A stretch of 64,000 bases of DNA from Eledone cirrhosa (GCA_964016885.1 OZ024741.1:326616001-326680000), one strand, 5' to 3'. Counted from the stretch's first letter, positions 31,878 to 53,954 are shown. Made by a program: numbers and translations. Notes: generated by a model from the letters alone, not told the origin.

Positions 31878-32306
31878 TTATACTCCAGAAAACCTGTCGA
31901 GTGCTTTGAAACCAAACCAACAAATTAAATATCCCCTTGCTTATATATATATATATATACTACCTATCGACCAGCATATATTACACACTGCAATATACAG
32001 AAATGACGTTAGTTTGAGGTGTGAATATTTTATAATTGGTCCAGTTATTAAGGAATGTCAACTATGTTAAACTTCATCAGAATCTTAATATTTTAATAGA
32101 CAAATCACGCACAGTCAATATAAAATGTCTGAAATATTTGACAAATATCAATGGATTACTTAATACATACAACAAATACATACAATAAATGTAATCTGAG
32201 TTTTTCGAATATCAATAATAATATTCGATTCGTCTAAAGAGGCTGTTTGCATAATTACAAACACATCGAATACTATTATTGATATTCGAAAAACTCAGAT
32301 TACATT

Positions 32307-39812
<7,506 letters not shown>

Positions 39813-39918
39813 ATATATATATATTGTTATACTTTGGGAGGGTCATGTTGCCAACAAATTCAGAAACGAAATATATATATATATATATATATATATCAAT
39901 GATATTAATAAATGGAAC

Positions 39919-40187
39919 TATATTTATAAAACCATATTTATTCTATTATATATATTACAAGGATACCAAAATTTGGTACGCTCTCATCAGATAAAATACA
40001 AAGTTTGTTATATAAATATTTACATACCCAGGAATCAGACCTTAACGGTTCAAGAAACGTTAAGGTCTCATTCCTGGGTATGTCAAAATTTATAAAACAA
40101 ACTTTGTATTTTATCTGATGAGAGCGTACCAAAGTTTTGGTATCCTTGAAATATATATAATAGAATAAATATGGTTTTATAAATATA
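39919..40187. repeat. Palindrome with double hammerhead, copy 2 (intact motif at 40109-40165, plus strand)
   Basis: Duplicate of 31609-31877. Confidence 0.95.
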
Positions 40188-40958
40188 TTATACTCCAGAA
40201 AACCTGTCGAGTGCTTTGAAACCAAACCAACAAATTAAATATCCCCTTGCTTATATATATATATATATAATAAGGTATTGACAGACCAAGTATATTTATC
40301 GATGCCAAGACAGGTTGTCTCTCAGCGTACTCCATGGGCAATGTAAGATACATTCCCAGAGTATACACATAGTTATTCGCTTCAATACAACACACACGTA
40401 AAACGGGTGCTTATAATAGTTCCCGGATTCGAGGTTCTGCCGCACTAATGAAGCAGTAAGGTGCACTGCACCATCCGTCTGCATATATTATGCAAGAATG
40501 CACAATCGGCAAATGCGGCTTCATTAGCGGGTATCGCCTAATCAATAACCAATCGATCGATAGAATCCAAACCCCAGCCCATGCCGGTCATGACTGTTTG
40601 TGACAACCGCCACGGTAAAGCGACTAGCAACTGGACCCGATACAACTCTGTCCCTCGACTAGCCACCGATTTACAAATTTTACGTGGTGGCGGGAGAATA
40701 GAAAACCAATCTTTTTGTTCCCATCAAAAGGACTCATCCAACGTGTCTCACACACAAATTATTAAGAGGTGAAAGGATGGTTATTAGAAATAGCAGTCCA
40801 CATCGATGTATAATAGAATGGTAGCATTCAGCACATGTCTCCAAGTCCCCTGGTTAGAGGAAAGCGATAGTAACTATGGTAGTGCCAAGAAGCTTTAACG
40901 GATTTTAAATGAGATTATCCATTATAGAGCGATATAGTAGCGGGCTGAAATGTGTCAT

Positions 40959-41017
<59 letters not shown>

Positions 41018-41061
41018 TATAGCTGTCGAAACTGCCGGAGCTCAGCGTGAATTTGTTCATG

Positions 41062-41179
<118 letters not shown>

Positions 41180-41437
41180 AAAGCGACCATATGTATGTAT
41201 ATATGTGAAAATGTATATATATATAAGTAAATAAGTGGGTGAGTGTATATATATATATATATATTTGATGTGTATAATTAAATGTATGTGTATTCATGTA
41301 TATGTGTATTTATATATATATATATATACACATAGACAGGAGAATGTATATATATATGTGTGTGTCTATATGTGTGTATATGAAGATAAGTAGAGTATGA
41401 AAGTGTATATACATGAATGCGTATGTGGGTACATATA

Positions 41438-41468
<31 letters not shown>

Positions 41469-41898
41469 GTACATGTATATATGTATGTAAGTATGAGCAT
41501 GTAAGTATGTGTATGTGAGTGCATGTATTTGTAGAGGTGTGCATATATGTATGTGTGTGAATGTGTATGTTTTTTTTTTAAATATGTATATATATATACA
41601 CATATATCTATGTGTGGGCGAACGGATACACACACTTGAAAGAAAAATTCAAGTCTGTATGTTTATTAAGTGCAAACACAAAACCAACCATGCATATCTT
41701 TACTATCTCTAATCCTTCTATAGATTTAGAAAAATAACCAACGCCAAATAATGTATTGTATAAAAATGTCAAAGCAACAGATGGGAATCTAATTACCCAC
41801 TGCTATCAAACATTTCTATACACTTCCTTAACTATTCTTCTAACTTCACTCTTCCCTCTTAATATTCTCTGTAAAAACCAAACAAGTTCTCAATGAGA

Positions 41899-42019
41899 TT
41901 ATTCTGATGAAATGATAGTTGAAAATAACATTGAAATATTGAGTGTCTGCATAATTAATACTTTGTAGATAGCAGCTGTTTTCAGGTTATATAACTGTTA
42001 TTGAAACACGTGTCAATAA
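41899..42019 (+). ncRNA. Intact-looking type I hammerhead with a long extended stem II
   Basis: TTATT-CTGATGA-AATGATAGTT...(~72 nt)...AACTGTTATT-GAAA-CACGTG-TC-AATAA; 5-bp stem I, 10-bp stem II base, palindromic stem III. Confidence 0.8.
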
Positions 42020-42166
42020 ATTCCTTTTACTGAACTGTATCCATGTAAATCCTTCTATTTTCTCCGGATTACTTTTGAAACTACAACTGGAACCGTCGAG
42101 CAAACCCTACGTGAGCTGTCCATCTACTGTGTATAATATTCATATTACAACACTACGGAAAATACT

Positions 42167-42221
<55 letters not shown>

Positions 42222-42577
42222 ATTGCTAATATTTTACTGACTTTGGGTAAAAAAAAATACAGATTGGTCTTTTACTCAGAACAATTTTTTTTTCGTTTCT
42301 ATTACAGCTCTTTCTCTTTCCCCATCTTCCCATTTCTTCTTTAATTTCCCATTCTATTTTCTGATGAAGGACCAGCGTTCCCAATGTTAAGACTCTTTTC
42401 CTACTATATAATGATTGAAACTAATATATTTCTTCACTTGTTTGATTTTTTATTCTTGTTTAAGTTTCTGCATATATATATGTGTGTGTGTGTGTGTTTA
42501 AATTAAGTAAATCCGTCGGAAAGGTACAGGAAAAAAGAGTGCTCTATACAGACTATATAGCTTATTAGTTATGTAAT

Positions 42578-42698
<121 letters not shown>

Positions 42699-42743
42699 TT
42701 GCAAGGTTTAAGATATAAAATCGATTGTCGAAACAAATATTCT

Positions 42744-43675
42744 TATACTTGGGAAGGGTCATATTGTTGTAATAATATTGCCAGAAATAATAACAGAACA
42801 CACTCACTGTTTGGTTGGTTTTCGCTTCTGTATCTTTTATATCCCCATAGTTAATTAATTCCGCCATCAATGTTTATCACTGATCAATGGTGAACAATAC
42901 AGATATAGATATAAATACATATTATACATTGAGTTAGAAGCTCAAAATAGTCTTTTACAATTAAATAGCTCAAAGAAGGGAATCTTTCCGAGCCGTGTAA
43001 TATATTTGGATATATGAGAGGGATGAACACAGTATACATGTGTTCCAATTGCAAATGACCTAGTTAGCTAGGTTGACAAATTACTGATTTAAAACAATAT
43101 GGTTTGCCTGACTCGATTTAAAGTAATAAATCAATAAAAATAGCAAACCTATATCGGGCAATAGCCATTCTAACCATGTTCTTTCGTTGCACATCTGCAG
43201 CATCATCAGTGGTACTATTATGTTTCCTCCTGTTGTATTGTATATCAACGCCATTTTTATTTTATCTGTTTATTTATTTATTTATTTTTGTTTTCGTCTC
43301 TGCGCATGCGTTTGCGTGTGTGTATAGTGTCTGGTGTGTGTGTGTTCGCGTTTGGGTGACTGTGTTTTGGTTATAGTATTATATCTTAATTTATTAGTGT
43401 GTGTGTTATATGTCTTTGTTGTTTTGTGCTTGTAGTATATATTTATTTATTTATATTTCTCTTAAGTCAGTATTGTTTGTTTGGATGTTGTTATTCAATT
43501 CATTTTTTCTGCTTAGTTCTGGCTTTCTAAGCTCTATTTCGCTTGCTTTTCTGATTTAACTACCTATTGGGTCATTTCTATGTTTAGATATTATTTTAAT
43601 TGCTATGTTGTCTATGTTACCGTCATGTTGTCTGGCGTGTTGTATAGTACTGAACCGTTTTTTGTCCGTTTAGTT
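42744..43675 (-). mobile_element. PLE family D pLTR/3' fragment with a hammerhead remnant (43173-43213)
   Basis: Homologous to 6807-7620; reverse complement ACCA-CTGATGA-T-GCTGCA(GATG)TGCAAC-GAAA-GAAC-A-TGGT. Confidence 0.75.
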
Positions 43676-46538
43676 GTCTTTTGCTTTTGATTATTTTGTG
43701 TGTTTCAGGGGCTTTTTTCATTCTTGGGTCTTGTTTCATTAGTGGGATGTTCTTGTGAATAGTGTTGTAAGCTTCCGCATTTCTTTGGTTGTGTGTTGAG
43801 ATATATGATAGTATATTGGATGTACCTTGAATTTGTTTCTGTTTTTGTAATTCATCAATGCCTATTGCTTTAGCCCTTTCTATTCCATTATTTATTAGTA
43901 ATGGTGGGTATTCTCTTTCGAGTAGAATTTCCTTTAATTCTTGAAGTCATTTATCTCGCATTTCATAATTGGAGACAATTGTGCAAATTCTTCTTGCATG
44001 ATCGTCTTCGTGTGCTTTGGATGGTTGGAGGTGAATAACAGGTATTGTTTGGAATCTGTTGGTTTGTAGTGTATGTCAGTTTCAATATTTGTGTCATTTT
44101 TTAAGATTAAGATGTCCAGAAATGGGAGTTGATCTTAGCAATATTTCATTGTGAATTGGATGTGGTTATTGATGCCGTTAATTAAATTTTTGAAATCATT
44201 TAGTTGGTCGAGTGTGGGAGACCAAAGAATGAGACAATCAACCAAGTAGCGTTTCCAATTCTCTGATAAATTTGCTTCTAGTCCGTATTAGTGTGCGATC
44301 GTTGTGTAGAGATTCACTACCTCGAAAGACACAATAATAGTGTAGTTCTTGACATGTCTTGAAGTGGTGGTTTAAGAGGTCCAGATCGTCTCTTACAAGG
44401 TTTGGTATGTGCTTGAGAATTGGTTTTAGTAGTATGTCTATAAAGTTGCTTAGTCTGTGTGTTTCACATTGTGGATCCGCTGCAATTGGTCTTAATTTAA
44501 GGTTTGTGGGGGTATTGTGTGTTCACGCAGGTTGAGATTGATTGTTTACAGGCATCGTTAAATATTTCACACTTGAGGATCTTCGGAAGTCCGTAAAGGT
44601 TGCTGGTTTTGTATTCAAAATGTGTCAAATAATCGCGTTCCTTTTTAATTAAGTCTTCCTGGTATCGACAAATGAATGTGTTTAATCTGGTCATCGTTTT
44701 TGATTGCTGGTAGTTTTTTTCTCTTTCATAGTAGTTAGTATTTTGTAAGAGAGAGAACATAGAATGTTTATATTGTTCAGCATCCATAATGTCCCATATT
44801 ATCTAAATAAACAATACGGACATTATAATTAAGGAAGCGGACACAACACACAACATAATCATAAGCAAAAGACAAACGAAATCACTAAAAACATTACTCA
44901 CCAATGCCAAATTACCTACCACAAACCCACAAGCAACTGTCAAAAAATGTGGTCGCTCTAATTGTGGAACCTGCACTCACCTCGTTGAAGGCAACACGTA
45001 TACATTTCAATCAGGACAAAATTTTGCTGTAAAAAATCACTTCACTTGCTCATCAAAAATTCTACTGTATGCCATTAATTGTAAAGGATGCAATGACGAT
45101 TATATAGGACAAACTAAACTCACACTCAGAAACAGAATGACAGTTCAACGCCAAAAATTACGAGATCCAACCACGAGACAGATACCACTAAGTGCACATC
45201 TAGACATATGCGCAAGTAATAAGACACCCAAATTCCAAGTCTTCCCGTTTTATCTTTGCGCTGACAATACAACAGAACAAATACGAATAAATAAGGAAAA
45301 TATGTTTATTCAAAAATATAGACCAGCATTAAATATAGTTTAATATACATTATGTCAACACCATAACATGCTAACCATCCAAACAGACACATGCACACAC
45401 ACATAACACCTTCTACTTTAGAAAATAAAAACCAGAACTAAATAAACCTTAACATACGTTAATACTCTAACACCTTAACATGCTAACCCCCCCCCCCCCC
45501 CCCTCACACACACATAACTCCCTCCCCCATTTCTACTAACGGAATCATTTTCCTACACACACGCATAAAAAAATATATGTTCTCTCCATCTTAACATGCT
45601 AACCATACTCCCACACACACATACACACACACACACACACACACATAACACCCATACACACACACATAACACCCATACACACAACTCCCTCTTCCATTTC
45701 TACTAATAGAATCATTTTCCTACACACACACACAAAATATGTATATTCTCTCCATTTTAACATGCTAACCATACTCCCACACAAACATACACACACACAT
45801 AACACACACACACAAAATATATATATATTCTGTACATCTTAACATGCTAACCATACTCCCACACACACATACACACACACACAACTCCCTCCCCCATTTC
45901 TACTAATAGAATCATCTTCCTACACACACACGCACACACACATACACACGCACACACACACACACACTCAAGCACATAAATAAACATACATATCTCTACT
46001 TTCTTTATTTCAATAGAAAGTCTGAATTCTGACACCCCAGCGCAACAGCCATATTCACTGAACCAGAACAATTCTCCCCATCCCATTTTTTTTACCATTA
46101 TCTTTTGGTACAAACAAAAGATAATTGTTTCTACTTTAGGCACAAGGCCATCAAATACCCAGTGCATTATTGGTACTTTATTTTATCCTTACGGGGTCGA
46201 TAAAATAAAGTACCAGTAATGCACTGGTTAATTGCTGGTCTTGTGCCTAAAGTAGAAACAATTATCTTTTGTTTGGTACAAAATTCTCTAAAAGGCGACA
46301 AAATATATTCCCAAATACGGGCGAGAAATTTAATGTACTTGTTCACGTGACAGTCATAATTTCATTTATAACCAATGGAATTACATTTATAAAAAAAAAG
46401 CCTTCGTGAGCCACTTTTTTTAAAGTAAAAAGAAATTCAAACACAAACTGGCGCGAAAGCCGATATGCTTATTCACGTGACTGCATCAACCAACCAAACT
46501 TCACTAATATATGAAAAAACAACCTTTGCCCCCCCCCC

Positions 46539-46569
<31 letters not shown>

Positions 46570-46885
46570 CTTTGTTTGAAGAACTTTGTAACGTGTGAAC
46601 TGGCGTGAATTTTATTATACTTATTCACCAACCTACCAAATTACTTCTCTAAAAACCTGGCATTTCGAGCCATTTTTTTATATATAAAACAGAAGTAACA
46701 TTCAAAGACCAACCAGATGTCAGAAAAACCACACACCGTCCATCTCAATTCTGCTTTTCAAAAGTAGGATTAAAAAAAAAAGACTCCAGTTGCATTTTCA
46801 ATTTCATCTTTTTTTTCTTCTACTTCCACTCGTGTAGGACACCTCGGTTATTTTTCATTTTGTAAAAAAAAACCTCACTTTCTAA
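43676..46885. mobile_element. Rearranged PLE family C copy: inverted, deleted RT part (43676-44790, minus) + GIY-YIG and pLTR (44810-46885, plus)
   Basis: ORF 44497-44787 (minus) matches 25789-26070; ORF 45137-45343 (plus) matches 27402-27608; ends CCTCACTTTCTAATA(TA)n. Confidence 0.85.
46111..46275. repeat. Palindromic SINE-tail insertion inside a PLE 3' region
   Basis: GGGGTCGATAAAATAAAGTACCAGT...CTTGTGCCTAAAGTAGAAA and its inverted copy; absent from the homologous position ~28235. Confidence 0.8.
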
Positions 46886-47912
46886 TATATATATATATAT
46901 TTACTATTAACACAGATTAAGTAGAATTTGTTTGCTTCAAATCTATGCTAATAATAAATATTTACGGGTTTATATATACTTTTATATATAGAACCCTCAT
47001 TGAATCCTCTCTGGACTTAGGTTTTAGCATTTATTATAAGGTTGAAACCCTAAGGGTTGTTACAGGTTATCCGTTAGTGATCTATCGACAGGTAGTGAAC
47101 ATTTCAGCTTACAATGAGTATTATAATTTTACATTACGCATTGACTAAACGTTTTATTTTTTTACACACCATACACATACGAACACACACACAAACACAC
47201 GAACACACACATACACACACTCACACGTCAGAGTAGGCAGCGTAGTGACTTCAGTCACAAAACCTTGTAATATAGAGTGAGATGTACTCAACTAACAAAA
47301 AATAATAAGTAAATAGAATAAAATATCTAAATACATAAATAATTAAATTAATAAAAAAAATAAAAGAAATATATATTTGTTACAAAAAAGAAAGTGCTGA
47401 AGACAGCAGTTGTCGTTCTCACCATTCATTGAGTAATAAGACTCACATATCTTATACAATAACCGTTTAGAGAAACCAAATTTATTATTTTATGTGTGTA
47501 GAAAACAATTAATAAAAATTATTGAATTTCGTAATAGAATTTATTCAAGAATCAATGTTTGTTTAAACACAATGAAGGCGCTATATTGGTCCAATTTGAT
47601 TTGGTCTTTTCAAATTTCACAAATGTTAAACAATCCTATTCCAAACACATTAAATAGTATTATGTTAAAACTAAGTTTCATTCAGTATCGGCTAAATTAG
47701 TTATTGATTATTTCCCTTTTCAACAATGGAGCGCTGCTGTCCTGTCGACAATATAAAAATATACTGAAGCAAAAATAAAAAAAAAAGGGCGAAAAAAAAA
47801 TAGAAAAAGAAAAACTAAAAAATAAACACAACGAATAAAGAAAAATCTCTTTTCTTTACAAGTAGTTTTCCTCTTTTCTTCACTTATTAATTTAATCTAA
47901 CTGATGTAAAAT

Positions 47913-48000
47913 GCGGCGAATTGATGAAGTCGTTAGAACGTCGGCTGAGAATGATTTACGAGAATTTGTTACGTTGCACTGAGCTTTGAGTTCGAATCTC
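47913..48000 (+). mobile_element. Decayed SINE 5' fragment
   Basis: GCGGCGAATTG..GAAGTCGTTAG.ACGTCGG...GAGTTCGAATCTC (B-box-like). Confidence 0.45.
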
Positions 48001-48405
48001 AGCTTATAATATATTGATAAGTCTGTACAACAATACCCCCCCCCCCACACACACACACACTAACACCACCACACACAGAAGATTAAAGCTTATGTAGAAA
48101 ATTTGCTATAACAGAAAATCACTTCCCCCAGGTGCATGGTGATCTCATGGAATCGTAAGTCTTCGTAATTGAAATACCAGAGGAAAAATATAATAAAATG
48201 ATATAGAAAAGAACGCTGAAAGATCAGTACCGAAACGAAAGCAGGATACCTATTTTGGCCTAGGTGGCCGTGTCTCAATATTTTCTACGTGCACGCGCTC
48301 AGACACATGCAGATACATGCAGACAAATACAGACACAAACAGAGACACAGACACCACCCCATATATATACATATACATATATATATATATATATATATAC
48401 CTATC

Positions 48406-48445
<40 letters not shown>

Positions 48446-48584
48446 GATTGGTGCTCTGAAATAGCGATGTATACATGAATGTATGTATAGTATATTTGGC
48501 AATATACGGTATGTTTAATTAAAACATTTTGAAGACCATACGCTATAGGTTTTAAAGTAGTGAATATCTCACTTACTTCATTTT

Positions 48585-48679
<95 letters not shown>

Positions 48680-48815
48680 CAGAAATAAGGATTGAGGAGG
48701 CGAGGCCGTGTTGTTACTGAAAACGAGTGTTAGAAGTTAAGCTGACACAAACAAGTGATGGAGAGTTTCCCTTCGTCAGATGTTTCGGCATATATATGCA
48801 TGTATGTGTGTGTGT

Positions 48816-48856
<41 letters not shown>

Positions 48857-49110
48857 TGTGTGTGTGTGTGTGTGAGAGACCCGGGCTCAATCGGGGGTAA
48901 ATTTAGTAAGTAATGTACTCAATACGTTAGTACAGTGTATTGATATAGGAATAGCTTGTACAGGACTAAAACTAGTTCATTCGAAACAAATCTTCAGGAC
49001 ATTCCTCATGATTTCCTTCGAATGCATCTGGTCTGGTCCTGTAGAAAACATTTCTACATTTGATGTATTATATATATATATATATGTAGAAACTATTTCT
49101 ACATTAGATG

Positions 49111-49923
<813 letters not shown>

Positions 49924-49976
49924 GTGTTTCGACACACGATTTCATATAAAAAACCTCGCAAAACTAATTCATCGCC

Positions 49977-50033
<57 letters not shown>

Positions 50034-50139
50034 GTGTATAACGGTAGCTATGGTGCTTCCCTGGGCGATATGCAAAAATTCTCACTCGATATTCGGCAGA
50101 GTAGAGTGTAGATAGCAAATTTGCACCAAACGAAACACC

Positions 50140-50230
50140 CGTGTCTGAAAGAACCCGCAGAAGTAGAATCAGTCAGATCCATACAAGGACGATGTCTCGA
50201 GCTACCTGCCGGCAAAACAATTGTAACACG
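50140..50230 (+). ncRNA. Degenerate hammerhead motif
   Basis: CGTGT-CTGAAAGA-..GCAG...CTGC..-CAAAA-CAATTG-TA-ACACG; perfect stem I and palindromic stem III, two core lesions. Confidence 0.5.
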
Positions 50231-50280
50231 CAATAAATTAAGTCCATATGCATCACTGATTTTTCGTTTTCTTTATACTA

Positions 50281-50311
<31 letters not shown>

Positions 50312-50318
<7 letters not shown>

Positions 50319-50609
50319 GTGAGTTTTTTTTACAAATTGTAAAATAACCGAGGTGTCCTACACGAGTGAAAGTATAAAGAAAAAGAGATGAAATCGAAAA
50401 TGCAACTGGAGTCTTATTTTAAAAACATATATATATATCTATTTGGTTCGTTTACCGGTTTCACAGATGTGTGGAAAACCAGAGACCCTCCATCTCAACT
50501 CTACTTTTGAAAAGCAGAAGAACTGCGAAACCGGTAAAGGAACCAAATAAATATATATATTTTAAAAAAAAATAAGACTCCAGTTGCATGTTCGATTTCA
50601 TCTCTTTTT

Positions 50610-50614
<5 letters not shown>
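50312..50614. mobile_element. Solo family-C pLTR fold-back
   Basis: 50312-50466 is the inverted family-C terminus; 50464-50614 is the direct copy; (TA)n on both sides. Confidence 0.85.
50504..50539 (+). ncRNA. Intact minimal hammerhead, U3-A8 variant
   Basis: CTT-TTGAAAA-GCAG(AAGAA)CTGC-GAAA-CCGG-TA-AAG. Confidence 0.7.
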
Positions 50615-50640
<26 letters not shown>

Positions 50641-50644
<4 letters not shown>

Positions 50645-51080
50645 AAAATAAAATAAATAAGTCAAATGTTTAAAATTTAGCTTCGTTTATTACTGCTATA
50701 TATATTTCGGTAACAGCCATCTTTTGCTGTGACATCTTCAGGCAGTCCGAATTAGTGTGGTATAGACAAGTACATATGTTGTTGAGGTGCATAACCTTGT
50801 CAATACTCTAATATGCCCAGTTCCTGGTTGGGTTGTTATTTCACTGAGGAACTTGAATCATGATTCCAGGTCCTCAATGAAATAACAACCCAACCAGGAA
50901 CCCAACCAATCAGAGTATTGACAAGGTTATACACCTCAATAACATATGTACTTGTTTATACAACACTAATACAGACTGCCTGAAGACGTCACAGCCAAAG
51001 ATAGCTGTCACCAAAATATATATAGCAGTAATAAACAAAGGTAAATTTTAAACATTTGACTTATTTATTTTATTTTATTT
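50641..51080. repeat. 440-bp palindrome (centre GAATCA|TGATTC at 50860/50861) with a hammerhead in each arm
   Basis: Arms reverse-complementary apart from scattered substitutions and one ~10-nt patch. Confidence 0.95.
50692..50746 (-). ncRNA. Intact-looking minimal type I hammerhead
   Basis: Reverse complement ACTGC-CTGAAGA-T-GTCACAGC(AAAAGATG)GCTGTTAC-C-GAAA-TATATA-TA-GCAGT; plus-strand copy at 50975-51029 has CAAAA. Confidence 0.8.
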
Positions 51081-51172
51081 TACATTACTCCGGAGTTACT
51101 AAACCAACCTGCGCATTTTATCGAGTGCTCCAATCTGCATACTGAGGTGTTGTTATACAACCAACATATACT

Positions 51173-51218
<46 letters not shown>

Positions 51219-51262
51219 ATAATAATAAACGTGAATACTAACATCCACTGAGAGCTCGATAA

Positions 51263-51339
<77 letters not shown>

Positions 51340-51385
51340 TATATGGGAGGAGGTTATAGTTCACTTGAAGCATTGTGTAATGAGG

Positions 51386-51815
51386 TATAAACGTTTGTAT
51401 ATGTATAATAAAGCCAAAACAATGCAGGTATGGACATAAAATAAAGAATGCAAATGCAAAAGATATTGTTGACAATTTGTCTTTTACCTTAGATTTATTT
51501 AAATGTCCTAAATTTTCGTGATAATATCTCTTCTTCAGAGGGAATAAAGTTGTCAAACCAGTGTTCTAAAAAGCTTTCCAAGTCATGCTGACAGGAAATG
51601 GTATAGAGTATCTGTTCAGCATGACTTGGAACGCTTTTTAGAACACTGGTTTGACAACTTTATTCCCTCTGAAGTAGAGATATTATCTCGAAAATTTAGG
51701 ACATTTAAATAAATCTAAGGTAAAAGACAAATTGTCAACAATATCTTTTGCATTTGCATTCTTTATTCTATGTCCATACCTGCATTGTTTTGGCTTTATT
51801 ATACAAACGTTTATA
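51386..51815. repeat. 430-bp palindrome with a hammerhead in each arm (51507-51541 minus, 51666-51700 plus)
   Basis: Arm consensus CCT-CTGAAGA-A-GAGAT(ATT)ATCTC-GAAA-AT-TT-AGG; plus arm reads CTGAAGT. Confidence 0.9.
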
Positions 51816-53954
51816 AATATATATATATATATATATATACAGTCCAAGAGTAACCAATCTTAAAGAGAGAGATGGACATAGGAGAGGAGATATGAGAGGA
51901 GAGATTGGTGAATTAGTTAGAAGCCAAAGCGTAAAGGCATGTGCTCAATGTGCAATATATATTAGAAAGCAGCTAGGTGGCTGGATTCATGCAGAAGTTA
52001 GGTGAGCAGAGCTGGAAATATTCATTAGTTAAGCAAAACAAGACCACAAATTTGACAAGGAAGACATTATTAGAAGATTGTCAACATATTTTAGTTTGAT
52101 GTAAGGAATGTAGAGAATAATAATAATAATATTAATAATAATAATGTCCGATTACAATTGTTTCGCTACTCCATATACTATTTCTGGATGAGATGACTAT
52201 ATATCATAATTGATCTGGTTCAGTTGAAAATAATTAACATATTTAAAAAACAGAGCGCCTCATCGGAACTTCAAAGGAATATGAATTAAAATAAGGAGAG
52301 AATGTTACATAATATAATGTTCCATATATTGGTATTTCCCTATGGTGTCCTGGTTGTATCAGTTGTCAGCCATAATCAAGCAGTATTCATCTGTCGAGAC
52401 TGCATTGTGTGAGATCTGCCTATGGGTAACAAGATGGCTGCCAAAGGACATATTTACCTTACTAATTAGAGGGTAGTTTCAGGGGAAGTAACTCCTCGAG
52501 AGATTAGAAATTGTGGGTAGTTTATAGTTAAGTGGTAATTTTTAAATTTTTTAATTGAGAGACAGTGTAGGGGAGGTAACTTATAATTATCTAAGTTAGT
52601 CATAGCTATTTAACTTATTAGCTACAAGTAAAAATGGGGCTAGATGACTAAGTTGGGTCAAATATTCTATTGGCGAAGGAATTAGCCCTTCGGTGTTGAC
52701 AGCTAATAGTTACCTCCGTTCTATCGTTAATCGGTAGAGGTCGTGATAGAGTTATGTAATATGCTTCTGTAATAGAGATATCACAAGATTTTCTTCGTCC
52801 ATTGAACGATTGGGCCCTAGGCACGATATCCCATTTTAGTGAGTGTTGAACGTTGCTTAATTTAAGGTTTTTAATGAGCCTAGCTAGAGATGTCGAACAT
52901 CTGTTGCTAGGGTCTCGGAAGGAAAAAGAGTGCGCGTTATAGCGTACCTTATAAGGGTACCTGAGAGGTTTATTAAAATATAGAATTGTTAAAATATAAA
53001 TTTTTTGGAATAAGATTTCTCGCGGCGTTTTCTAACATGACAGTAGTGTGACCCTTACGCTGACTTCTTTCTTTTTTTCATCTTTCTTCCTTTATTACTT
53101 TCTTTCCCTTTTTTATTCTTTGACGGAGAGGTGGTTGTGCATTATAAGCCATCGCCTCCTCACCAGATGGTCATTAGTAGACTGAGTTGCCATCACTTTT
53201 AGGGCAACTGGCCGAGGTGAAGGCGGCTAGTTGGTCAGTCGTCCTCTCTGTCTCTGATTTTTCGGACCCATGGTCTTTTACATATTCCTTTATTATATTT
53301 CGAATACCTGATGATATCACTGGATTCATATGGAACCCGGTCATTGAAATGATCATAGTATAATAAACCTTTCAGTGATTTACACCAGTCCAGCCTCCTG
53401 TTATTTTATTTATAATTAACTCCGTATTCGCACCACCAACTACACAAACGAAGACGGGTGAACTGCACTACGTTGAGTACTCTCCACAATGTTACACCAA
53501 GATTGACCATACGGAATGACCAATTCTATCAAGTGGTGAACCAACAAACCTATATATATAGAGAGAGAAATAGATAGGAAGTTTTCCTCGCAACCACAGC
53601 CACATTGAAATGCAACACGAGACGATAAATCTGGAACTGCTCGAGAGAAGATCCTTTTTATGAACAGAAAGGCTTAATTGTATCAGAGTGAACAATTTAG
53701 ATTCAAATTGGAAACGGCTTTATACAGAAGGAAGAGAAAACGTGTAATAATTTGACAAAGATGAAAACAAAAAACATCAATGTGAAATAATCTGCCGAAA
53801 AATACATGAAATTAAGTCTGAACATATACATAACCGAAATTCTACAATGTTGATATATACATACCCGTTGAACATGCAGACATGTAAACACACACATACA
53901 CACACACACACACACGCACGCACGCACACAAATACACACATAAACAAACACGCA

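Noticed and set aside
51850-53700. Non-microsatellite stretch that might hold host exons
   Set aside because: No convincing ORF, splice pattern or recognisable motif; left unannotated
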